Shown piece by piece: positions 50,661-62,399 of a stretch of 64,000 bases of DNA. Under the pieces are notes generated by a model that did not search any database, had not been told where the DNA came from, and saw nothing but the letters and a program-made list of their open reading frames with translations. The DNA is from Hydrolagus affinis (taxonomy: Eukaryota). The position numbers and the translations under genes are program-made. The DNA lies in assembly GCA_012026655.1 (NCBI GenBank), contig JAAILG010000217.1:1-64000 (forward strand), given 5' to 3'. Position 1 is the first letter of the stretch. Each line of letters starts with the position of its first letter.

Positions 50661-53600
50661 ATGGGTTAATGCCAGCAAGCCGCTTAATTTTAAAAAATGA
50701 ACAGAGTTCTTTCCTTTCCGCATTCTCAACATGAACACTGTAGAACCTTCACCACCCTGTTTGTTTGAGTGAGCAGAAGTGTTAAGAAAAACCTCAAGGC
50801 TGAATGCACAGTTCCGTGAAAGATGAGAACTTCACCAGAACCTCTCTTATGATCTTATTTTTGTAGGACATTTGCTATTTTGATTGACTCTGTCTTACCT
50901 GCATGTGGCGCACATTCGGCTCTTTAATTCACATCCTGCTCCATTATCTGACAGCCTTGGAATCTGCAAAAGTGGGTTGGAAGAGCATATCAGACTGGTT
51001 ACTGAGAAAGCAATGGGGTGTAACACACAATGATTTCTAAGGGGATTTCCTTAAAAGGAATCTGAGTGAGGATTCTTTCCATGAACTAGAAAACACATTA
51101 TGTTGAAGGTCAGAAAATCTGCTCTGAAACAAGAACATTTGACGATTTTTGGTCACATGCAGCGTCTTAGTATCTCACCCCAAGCTACTTATTCTTCCTG
51201 TGTAAGCAGAGACACTGAGTGCCAATATTGGGAGCCCAAATCTTATCCAATATCCACACACCTATACTTTCTTTGTAAACTCGGACTGCTTTCCCCCTCT
51301 CTCAGAAAGAGACACAGTAATCAATTGCAATATCTTCAACTGCTTGGCTGAGATTAAGTAATTCAGTATAAACTAGGGGCTGAATTAGGGACCTCCACGG
51401 TTATATAGGTCAGTACCATAGTTCAGTTTCTGTGGATTTACTATGCTGGAAAATGTTTAAAGAATAATAACCCTTGCATTTGTTATAGCCATTTATCACA
51501 TCCACAAAATATTCCTCACAAGAATTTCTGTCAAGGGTGCACCCTGTGTATTTTGTAGGCGAACACAAAATTGGACATGGTAAATATCCCATAAATAGCC
51601 ATTAAGTGAATTCATAATTTTTATCTGAAAGGATTATTTGTCAGGATAGAAGGATCTTCTCTAAACTAATATAGAGAAATATGGAACTAAAATTTGTCAT
51701 TCAGTTAGAACGAAGTTCAGTTGCAATGGTTTTATTTTGCACTGAAAATGCCACTTTTCAATAACAACAACAAAAACCTTCACATGCAGTAGCATCTATG
51801 GATGTTAATCATTAACAGATCGCTGTCTGTTTGGAATGGATTTACTAAAACTAAATCTGAAGTCATGTTTTGCTAATGTCTGAGGCTGGACACATATGAG
51901 TATTTAATATAAATACTGTATGTGTACTTCTGCTCTGAAAGTCTTTCTCGGGTGAACAAAGGAACTGAAACACAATAAACATAACATGGAAGCTATGTGT
52001 ATTTTTAGGCCTAAAGTTCAACAGTGTCATATATGACCCATCATTTCATAAGCATTGTATGCTTTTCAGATCATCAAATATGAATAAGTTGCAAAAGCCA
52101 TTTAAAACCCAGGAATATTACTGAGCAAGTTCATATTCAAATTAATTAACAGGTATTTCATACTCAATACCAGCAATGGCCCAAAAGTTATGGGGTGGGT
52201 GGGGGGTGTTGGGATGGGAGTTGAATCACAAAATACTGTACTGTACTACAAAATTCACCATTTCAAATTGCATTTTTATGAAGAATGCCCCAAATAACCT
52301 TAAGGTTTTCTGCACAAATAAACACTTAGGTTTCTAAACATCGATAACAATACTTGTTCTGGATCATCTTTCTGACATTTCTTTGCAATGTAACAACTGT
52401 TGTTATACTGTATACACAAATGCTTATATACAATGAATCTGTGCCAACAACATCCTATCAACTATAATGAGATGGTGTCAATTGGACATAGCCTCTATCA
52501 GGATAGAGCTGCACCTTGCAAACCAGCAGCTTGCTGGTTTCGAATGCCAATCTGTGAACAGTTTGCTGGTGTCCTTTAAGGCTGGAACGGGAATCTAAAT
52601 GGTCTTTTTCATAGTTAGAGAAGGGAAATCAGTCAGGTGTCCAGCTCCTGATTGCTCTTTTAGTTGTGTAGATGAGTGACAGGTAAATGGGGAGAATCAG
52701 GTTTGGCTGTGATGATGGGAGGGGGGGGGGGTGATATCAGTGTATCTGTGGACAGCCAGGTACAATGGAACTGAAGCAAGAGGAGCCAGACCAGGAGCTG
52801 ACAGGTATATATACCTTTGGGGATGAAAATGGGAAAACTCATTAGACATACTTAATCGTTTTAAAAAAGAGAAGGCATCAAATGAATCTGGTGATTTTTG
52901 GTCTCTGCGATGTTCTTTCATATTATAATGTGCTTTGTTGTTGATATGGGAGAGAGAAAACAACAACAACAACAATGCTTGAAAAGTAATGATTGTTACT
53001 TTTGATGCTTTATTGTTCTGTTAACAGTGTCAAGGAAGTTGAAAGGAGCAGCAATTTTAGTTTCACATTTAAAATAAAACAGGCTGCGTTGTAACAGCAA
53101 AGGGACATTTAAGTTAATTTGTTTTTGAGCTGCCTTGTTGAAACAACACTGCTTTTAGACGATGTTTAGTTTTCCAGACATTATGCAAATGTCCAAATCA
53201 ATGGGAGTAACACAAGACCTTGCAAGCTCCTCCTTGGAGACCTAGTTATCTGCCTGCTGAAAGTATGGCACAGTTCCAACATACATTCTTAGGTCAGATG
53301 ATTTTTTTTGCTATGGTGATGGCCTTTGTGACAGACACAAAAGAAGTGTTTGTTTCAGGACTGTTTCACTATTTACATGAGCCTGAGCACTAAAGCCACA
53401 GCTAATAACAAGTCAAACAGGAAAATAAGATACATAAAAACAAAATTGCAAGCAGCAGGAAACTTAGTTACAACAACATCCACATCCATCAAACTTAATA
53501 AACTTTTAAAACATTTTGTTACATAAGCATAAGCCAAAAGACTTGTGCTGCTTTTGAAACACTGTTATGTATCGTATTACAATCCATAAAATTGATTTTC

Positions 53601-53769
53601 TCTCAACATCCAAACACGGTATGATAGAATCAGAGATACACAATGAACCAATGAACCGCACAATGAACCAAGTTGCATTTTGAGCATTATTTGAATGCAT
53701 AAAATGACTGTGGTAAGCAAAGAAGATACCTTTAGCTATCATGTGTTGCATTGCCTGGTTCACCATTTT

Positions 53770-54140
53770 GATGGTTCAGGGTTCAAGACTCGCATCAGGA
53801 CTTGAAGCTCGCAGTCTAGACTGATGCTCCAGAGCACAATTGGAGGCAGTCCTGCATTGTTGGTGCTCGTGGTGCTATCTTTTGGATGAGATATTAAACC
53901 GAGGTCTCATCTGCTTGTTCAGGTGAATGTTAATGATCCCTTGACACTATTCTTAAAGAGAATGGAGTTTCCCCTGGTGTCCTTGACAACAATCCTCCAA
54001 ATAAACTGGTCATAAATTGTCTTTTTATGATGCTATATGTAAATTGACTGCAGTATTTCCTTGCACACACACACTCACTCTACTTAATAAATTCTGATGT
54101 TTTGATGTTGTAGTTGCTATATCAGATACAAAAATTATAA
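53770..54140 (+). mobile_element. Old Deu-domain SINE
   Basis: ggttcagggttcaag...ggatgagatattaaaccgaggtc...caggtgaatgttaatgatccc. Confidence 0.75.
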
Positions 54141-54770
54141 TTATTTATGCTATTGCTCCAACTATAATTATCATGAACAACGGTTTAAGTCCAACACTGC
54201 ATAAAATACTCCAGTGATGTAACACTAATATTATAGTACCAGAGCCCTGCAGAATCATAGTTGCGCACTCTGCAGAATAATACCTCAAACAAAAGACTAA
54301 TAATAATAATTTGGTCGGCACAACTATTTGTGGGACACTGCTGTGCACAATTGGCTGCTGTGTTTTACCCACGAAGTATACAGTCAGTTCACTTTACAGT
54401 ATATTCTGTGAAGTTGTTTGTGACATCATGGATATGTGATAAGACACTAATTCAAATGCAAGGATTATTCTTTTTATAACCTTTGTGAGCACTATATTTT
54501 GGAAAAACACTTTCCTAGACATATGCTGTTTATATTGTAAAGGCTCTATCACTATTTGTGAAAATAAATACTTCCAAGGGTCCATTCTAAAATAGCCCTT
54601 AACAAATCAACATGTGTCCTCTCATCCTCCTAACTTGGAAGTACTGGAAAGTACTGTGTATGTTTACTTTCTCTATGTTATGAACTCTATAAGGTCTTCA
54701 CTGAAGTACCTCTTTTGAAGGCTGAAGGGTCCTAGCTTATTTTTCATTCTACCTCACAATGGCTGGGGAT

Positions 54771-55086
54771 CTCCTGTAGCTCAGTGGTTAGACCACTCAC
54801 CTTACAAGCGTGAGATCTGTGTTCGAATCCAGGCAGGTTGGGGTGAAACCTTGGGCAAGTTTCCTTACTCCACACGCGTAATAATAATCCATCCAAAAAA
54901 AAACACAATAATAAAAATTGGTCATTTCAATCCACGATTGTTTGTGGGACACTGCTGTGCGCAATTGGCTGCCACATTTCATCTACAAATATACAATCAA
55001 TTCACTTTACAGTAAATTCTGTGAACTTTGAGACATCGATAAGATGTGAAAAGCGCTATATCAAATGCAAGGATTATTATTATTAT
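54771..55086 (+). mobile_element. Full-length young tRNA-SINE
   Basis: ctcctgtagctcagtggttag...gttcgaatcc...accttgggcaagtttcc...(att)n. Confidence 0.92.
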
Positions 55087-55574
55087 CTCAACTCAATGGA
55101 GCTTAGCATCTTGTCCAATTGCGTTTTAAAAGCTATTATGGATTAGGATTCACATATTTTTGTCTGTTCAATGAAACTGACAATGATGCAATGTTTATGA
55201 AACTTATCTACAGTCACTATAACTACTGGATGCATCTCAGCTGAACTGAAAATAAGTCAATGGTTGGTGTCTAACCGAAACAGTCGCTGCTTCCATCATA
55301 TTACATTAACTCTGTTTTTATAATTAAAGCTACAGTTTTTTGGAAGATGTTCCAGTTACTATCATTTGTCATACCCGATTGCTAACAGAAAAATTGTTAA
55401 TGTCAGTGAGAAGCTTGTGATAAATTCCCATAATTTCAAATTATAGCAAAAGCCTGTTTATCCGTGACCTGATCAACCGTATAACCGGCACCTCAAAAAA
55501 AGGTCTCCATTTGAATAAGTGGATCTTATCCAGTACAATCGCATTGGCGCATTTAATGAGTCGGGGCACTGTCA

Positions 55575-56000
55575 GTTTTTCCTCTCTCCTTTTTCTCTCT
55601 CCCTCTTTTTCTTTTTCTCTCTCCTCTCCTTCCTCTCTACCTCTCCCTCTCTCTTTGTATCTCTTCCTTCCTTCCTTCCTTCCTTCCTTCCTTCCTTTCC
55701 CTCTCTCTCTCTGATGGATACTACGTATTGCCTGTGCAGCCTGACTGCATGGTGGGTCTATACACTGTTTTGGTAGGGGGTGGGATGGGAGAAGGAGCGA
55801 GAGGCAGGGAGAGAGAGGGTGGGGGGGAAAGAGAGGAGTGGGAGGGGGAGAGAGAGGTGCGGGAGAGGAGGGTGAGTTGATTAATTTAGATGGAAAATGA
55901 AAGTGGAGGGGGATTGGATTTGGAGTCATTGAGATGCCAGACTGACTGAGTGTGTGTGTGAAAGAGAGAGAGGGAAGGAGAGAGAGAAAGAAAAGGATGA
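55575..56000. repeat. Polypyrimidine tract (55575-55711) followed by polypurine/G-rich tract (55776-56000)
   Basis: (ct)n/(cctt)n then (ga)n/gggg runs. Confidence 0.85.
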
Positions 56001-56624
56001 AAAATCGACAGTACCCCTTTAAGAGGAAAAAAACTCTTTCGTCCGCCATTGTAGAAATTTGCTTTGTGATTGTGTGCTGTGTTTATAGACTGTAATCGAT
56101 ATTTATTGCTTTATTGGTAGGTATCCATACAATATTCCGTTATTATTTAGTCTATTATTAATATGGTATGTTTAAAAAAAGTTATTTTTTTTTGTGTTGG
56201 GTTTTCAGCAACTTGCTGGCCGAATATCCAGCATGCCATTTAACCGGCATTGGCCAGGTCCCGAGGGTGCCGGATACACTGGCTTTTACTTTAATAAGTA
56301 CATCTTTGCTGTATTTTGCAAGAAATGGCAAAAAAGTGTTTTGTTAACCACATTTTGGAATATGCAGAAGACCTGAAATACAACACCTTGAATTTATAAA
56401 GCGCCCTTCACATGGGTTGAGTCTTGGAGTTCTTAACAGTGGCTGAGCTAGACGCCAAGCCAGAAAGAGGCAGGAAGTGACTGTAAACATGGTCACTGAG
56501 TGACTGAATGGAAGGAAAGTGGCCATGGTCAGGGACCAGATGTGGAGTAAGAAGGACACTTGGGAATTGAACCTGATGCAGAGACTCTATTTGCTGAAAG
56601 ACAACAATCTAATCATCACAGCTT

Positions 56625-56908
56625 GGTACCACCATCAGTGGTGAGGCTTTTAGCCTCTCTGCCCCCATAGTCTGGAACTTGTCCATCCCATAGTCCCTTC
56701 ACCTCGTTCCCTCCCTTGCCTCTTTCAAAGCACATCTCAAGACTATCCTCTTTGACCACGCCTTCGGTCACCTTCCCTACTCTACCTTCCCTACCGTTCC
56801 CCTCTTCCTGATCTCAACCCCAGCTCCGATCCAAATCCCTGACTGTCCAACATCTTGGGATGTCCTCCCAGTGTGAAAAGCGCAATACCAATGGAATTTG
56901 TTGTTCTT
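56625..56908 (+). mobile_element. L2 LINE 3' end
   Basis: accatcagtggtgaggcttttagcc...tctggaact...tgggatgtcctcccagtgtgaaaagcgc. Confidence 0.7.
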
Positions 56909-57590
56909 GAAAGAAATGTCTGCATTTGACCAAAACAAATCTGTAAATTCAATTGTCTTAATCAGAGACTTTGTTTCAACTGTTACTGATTAAATCAAAA
57001 GGAACATAGGGGAAGTTACTGTGAGGTGATGAGTGAAGTGAATTTAAATTTTTTTTATTAAGTAAACAAACATTAATCTTGCACGATCATGCTCAGCGAA
57101 ACGTTACTTTGTGAAACCTTTAGCTCCACTGATGGGAAGTGGTACCATTTTACTGACCCCTTGCACAAATAATCTCTACTCACATTTCAAGGCAGGTCAC
57201 GTGGCTAGAGGTTCTCATAACTCCTTTATGCCGTTGGAACAATTGACCTTACTTCTAACGGCAGAGCGATTCAGACTGAGAAAAAAATTACAGTGTCCTT
57301 ACTCGCTCTAAAATCTTTGCTCTACCTGGAGCTGAAGGAGCTTTGTACATACATGACCAACCATACAACATACACCAGTTAGGCTTTGAATGTTATTAAA
57401 TAGCCTGGAGTGTGCCTGGCTTTTCAGTTACAATAAAATGCTTCAGGGAGTTCCACAGAACTGTCCAAGAACTTTGAAACTTTTATTTTGTAAAGTTCAA
57501 TGGAGCCAACCACAATATCAGCAGATTCATACTGCAGCCAGAATAACAATTCTATTCAAAACCACCTTCGAGAGAAGAACAATGCCTCTA

Positions 57591-58250
57591 AATAATAATA
57601 ATGCCTGCATCTGATATAGCACCTTATCACATTATTGAGACATCTCAAAGTGGAGTCCTGTAGCTCAGTAGTTAGAGCACTTGCCTTACAAACGTGAGAT
57701 TTGTGTTCGAATCCAGGCAGGTCAGGGCGAATCCTTGGCCAGGTTTCCTTACCCCACATGCCTAACAATAATCCCTCAAAAAAAAATTGGTCATTTTCAA
57801 TCCATGACTGTTTGTGGGGCACTGCTGTGTGCAATTGGCTTCCATGTTTCGCCCACAAATATACAGTCAATTCACTTTACAGTATATTCTGTGAAGCGCT
57901 TTGAGACATCTAGAAGATGTGAAAAACACTATATCAAATGCAAGGATCATTATTATTAAAGTGCTTCACAGAATATACTATAAAATGAATTGACTGCATA
58001 TTTTGTGGACAAAACGCAGCAGCCAATTGCACACAACATAGTCACACAAACAGCTGTGGATTCAGTGAACAAATCATTATTTATTTATTTTTTCAAGGGA
58101 TTATTACCCCCAGAAAGCGATCCAGCAATCGACTAACAATTGGGTCCCTGCTTACTGCTTGGTAAACAGAGTCGTGTGGAATAAGGAAACATGCTGAAGG
58201 TTTTGCCTCATCTGGGAATCGAACCCGCTTGTCAGGAGAGCTCACTAACT
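57591..58250 (-). mobile_element. Longer-subfamily tRNA-SINE interrupted by a young SINE
   Basis: Tail at 57591-57649 continues at 57958 (aaagtgcttcacagaatatac...) through to antisense head gggaatcgaaccc. Confidence 0.85.
57650..57957 (+). mobile_element. Full-length young tRNA-SINE nested in an opposite-strand SINE
   Basis: gtggagtcctgtagctcagtagttagagc...gttcgaatcc...(att)n; aaag(tg) duplicated at both junctions. Confidence 0.92.
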
Positions 58251-58877
58251 CCAATTAAAATATAGAAACTTACATGAAATCAATGCTAAAAGTGGAGTAT
58301 AGATAGGGCATTAAAAGAGTTGATGGACGTTTGGCAAATGCACACAAGGTTACCTTAAAACAAAAATGCATTGACTCCATCCCACAGTGTATTCAAATGA
58401 GTGTTTCTGTAAAAACCACATATTCTCAGTGCTGCAACAGATTAGTACAAAACATATTCAGCTAATGAAAAACTTTCACTTAGTGTCTGCTCAGACCCAC
58501 ACTGTGTGGAGCTAGTCTATACCTCAATAGTCACGAACAGCCAATTAATATTATTAGTCATCTGAACAGATTATGCTTTCGAATATTTAAAACAGACCAG
58601 CACATTCTTAGTAAAATTATCAAGTAGCGTTGAAAAATGTACAGTCTCAGTCAGGCTCAAGTGGATGTGACACCAACTTCTGACACTGGTTTGAAAAGTG
58701 AAGAGAGTTTTACACTGTGTCCTGGCCTGGAATTCTTCACCTAAATTGAACATTCATTTCATGGCTGTTCGTGGGACCTTGCTGTGTGCAAATTGGCAGT
58801 CACATCTGCCTTAAAACTGGTGACAACAATTAACATTTACTTTAATTATTGTGGAGAACTTGAGACATTGGAGCTTT

Positions 58878-59008
58878 ATTGCGCAATTGGCTGCCGCGTT
58901 TTGCCCACAAATATGCAGTCAATTCACTTTACAGTATATTCTGTGAAGTGCTTTGAGACGTCTAGAAGACGTGAAAAGCGCTATATCAAATGCAAGGATT
59001 ATTATTAT
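58878..59008 (+). mobile_element. Young SINE 3' half
   Basis: gcgcaattggctgccgcgttttgcccacaaa...aaggattattatt. Confidence 0.88.
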
Positions 59009-60349
59009 TTATACATCAAAGCAAATGAAATGATTGATATTATAAATATTTATGGCTATACTGTACATTGAAGTGCATAAGTTGTTGGTGTAATATTCCA
59101 TGGTAGAAATAACTTGAGACTGGTCCCTTAATGTCACAAAGACTGTTGGTTCCAACAAGATCCCACAAACAAACAACCATGCCTAATTTATGTGAAGAAT
59201 TTCAGGCCAGGACATCGGGTGAAACTCTCTTCACTTTTCCACTCAGACCTTGCGTTACATTTCTAATTTTGATACGCACAATCGGCAAACAAACATTAAA
59301 GTCCTCTCTTTAATTTGCCAAAATTGTTTTCAGGATAATCGACAAGATCAGAAATATCGCCTACGTAACATTTTGTAAACCTCCACAAGTTGCCAGACAC
59401 AAGTTTTAAGACCATGTGTGAATATTGCATTGGAAACCCAGTAATTGTTAACGATGTATTTGCTTTGATAACAGGCACCAGTTGAGCTGTTTAACGCAAA
59501 TATACCATCCACAGTAAACCACAAAACACAAGACGGTTGAAACTAAAACAACACAATGCAAATGCCTGGGAGATATTATATACCTGTACATTCAGGCAAC
59601 TTCAATATGCAACCACACTTAACTGACTTAATAATCCTTAATGTAACTAATCGTTACGTCTAATATAGCAACTCAAAATGATTCACAGGATTTACTGTAA
59701 AATATAGTGACTGAGTTTTTTTTAAAGGCAAATGCAGCAGCCAATTTGAACACAGCAGTCATCAGATGAAAGACCAATTTTACCTGGGAGATTATTGGCA
59801 AAAACACTCAGAGAATCTCCCTTGGGTTTGGGTTCCTTCAATAGTTTGTATATGAGGGAGTTTCAGAGGTCCAAACCCATCCTGCTCCATGAATACATGA
59901 ACAACCTAGAGTCCCAGACCCAGTGAAAAGTACATACGTTTGCAGATATCACCAATTCTGGGGTAGACCCTGAATTCTGGAATCAATGGTCACAAATAAA
60001 TGGGGTTTGCACACAGGCTGATAACTGGCAAATAACAGTCAGTGTAGATAAATACAAAGTACAACAACAACTTGCATTCATTTTGCTTCATGCATGGTAA
60101 TATCTTGCAAATCCCTCCCTTTCCCTCCCTCCACCCTCCCTGTCCCTACCTCGGGTCTGAAACAATGACTTTCCAGCACCTTGTGACGTCCTCCTGACAT
60201 GAAAGGCGCTATACAAGTGTAATTTTGTTGTTGTTATTGCAATGCTTAACAATGGTGAAGTTTGACACTGAGCTGGGAAGAAAGAGTGGGTGATCTGGTA
60301 TAATCTCAAGAAAAAAAAGGGGCATGGTAGAGAGATTCAGGCAGAAGTT

Positions 60350-61260
60350 CTAGATAGTCAAGGTGTAATGCCTAACAGCACATCCCCCGATGGTGAAGTG
60401 GTTGGGTCAAGGTATGTTGAAAAGGATTGAGCATTGAAGAAATCCATTTGGTAGGTGATAAAATGTGGATGAGGGTTGCAGCAGCATTGGGTGTGAGATA
60501 TAGGCGTAGGCAGGCAGTATGGTGGAAGATTGCAGAGGGAGCCCTGAGTCAATTCAATTTGTAATTTTGACACGGACTGTCTCAGTGATGTGGGCAGTGT
60601 GGAGGAGTTTGAGTGGAGGGAAATATGTGAGCAACAATGCGTTCCAGGAAGGGGGTGAGTACAAAGAAAAATAAGGAAGGAAGAAAACATATTTCAGATA
60701 ATTCTCTAAAATTATGTGATACCGAATGTTTGCCCATTCAAACCCACAGAGAAGAATAAACCAGACCTATTGGTGATTTAGAAGGGTGTTCTTTGGCAGT
60801 AGACAGAAGAGGTATAATCCCGAACACTGAGTTTCTGGGCACTATTTTAGGTTCAAATTCTACAGATTTGAGGGAGATCAAAAAGTTTTTTTTGGAGGGG
60901 GTGATGACAACAGTTTTGTTTGGGTAGAGGTCAGTGCCGGAGGGGAGGGACATTTGTAAATTGGTCCACCAGTAGGGGGCAGAGGAGGATGGTTGGATGG
61001 TTAGCAGCTGGGTGTGGATGGGGTCAAGGTAGCAGTTGGTGAGATTCATGTAAGCGATGATGGATGCAAGGGATGAGTGAAAAATGGGGACAAAGTAATG
61101 TAGAGTAGGGGTGATAAATACGGAGGTTATACAGAGCATATGGAAGCAGGGTTGGGGCACAGTGAAAGAAGAGGATACAGCCAAATGCACATTATCTACT
61201 CTTGATGTGAAGGTCCATAAGCTTTTCAAATTTGCAATCTGAGGTGAGGATGGGAGGGGA
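60350..61260 (-). mobile_element. Degraded L2 LINE ORF2 fragment
   Basis: Minus-strand peptide TNCYLDPIHTQLL...PSGTD...KTVVITPSKK resembles the L2 pre-RT region (cf. CSLDPI at 62650). Confidence 0.65.
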
Positions 61261-62399
61261 AGTTCATGTATGGTGGGTAACAGAAGCTTGCATTGTTTTT
61301 GCCGAGGTACAGTACAGCATTTAGCAAGTACTAGAGAAATATACTCTATGGATGTGTTAGTACTTGTCAAGCTTGAAGCTGAAAGAGATCTCTGTCAGTT
61401 GACGCATCGTTCACTATGTCAGTACAGTGTGAGGCAGCAATAGACAAAGCAAATGGGAAGCTGGGTTAAATTTTGAAATAAATTGAATTTAAATCTCCAG
61501 TACCATCCCCCGCATTTCCTTCCCAGCTCAGCCTTCCAACTCGACACAAAAGTTACTTTATGAGTGCAAATTGGTTTTATTTTCTAATCTTTAAAAGTTT
61601 AGTTGGGATCTGTCCCTCTATTACTCTCCCATACGTTCTTAGCCTTTCTGTAGTTTCCAAAAGAATTTATAGAAAACTGGCTTCAAAATTAAGATTGCAT
61701 TTAAGGATTTGACAAATCCTGAACTCTTTAAAATGTCACATGAGAAAATCTAGGCCCAGGTTTAAATTTACCTAATAAGAGTAAACCTCTTTAAATAGTC
61801 TTTAAAAATTACATCCATCATCTTTTATATTTTTATACTGCTTCTTGCTTAATCCTCTGTAAATTCCCATAGCCTCAAATATTATTCTTTAAAGTTTTGC
61901 CTGCCTCTATTATGGTTTTCAACCATTTATTTAACACAGTATCAAATTAACTCTACAACCCACTTCCAGGTTTGTTTAATTTCTATTGGACCCAGGTCTC
62001 TCTCACCATGTGATGCGTTTTGAAAGTAGATCAGACAAAACAAGAAGGTTAGAAAACGAGGGCCTTGTGGTCAAAGTTTACACAGAAACGTTAGCAATAA
62101 AAGTCTTATCTGACAAAACAGTGCCTTATGTCAAAGGGAACAGCAAGTACCAGGAGTTCTGATGGCCTGTCACTCCCCAGATGATTTACTTGATGTGGTA
62201 AATTTGTGTTATTGAAGTTTTGTTTCTCTCCAAATGGCATTGGCTGTCAATTAGATAAGTGTCACCCAAACAGATGGTTCACTTCAGATCTTAAACCTTT
62301 CTTTATATTAGGGGTGTTGCTAATACTGAGTTGGTAAATTCTTAAATTCTGCGAGTTTCTTTAAAGGACTATAAAAAAACTGTTTCAAAGTTGAGACTG

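Noticed and set aside
55441-56049. 202-aa minus-strand ORF MADERVFF...
   Set aside because: Mostly translation of purine/pyrimidine simple repeats; no recognisable domain
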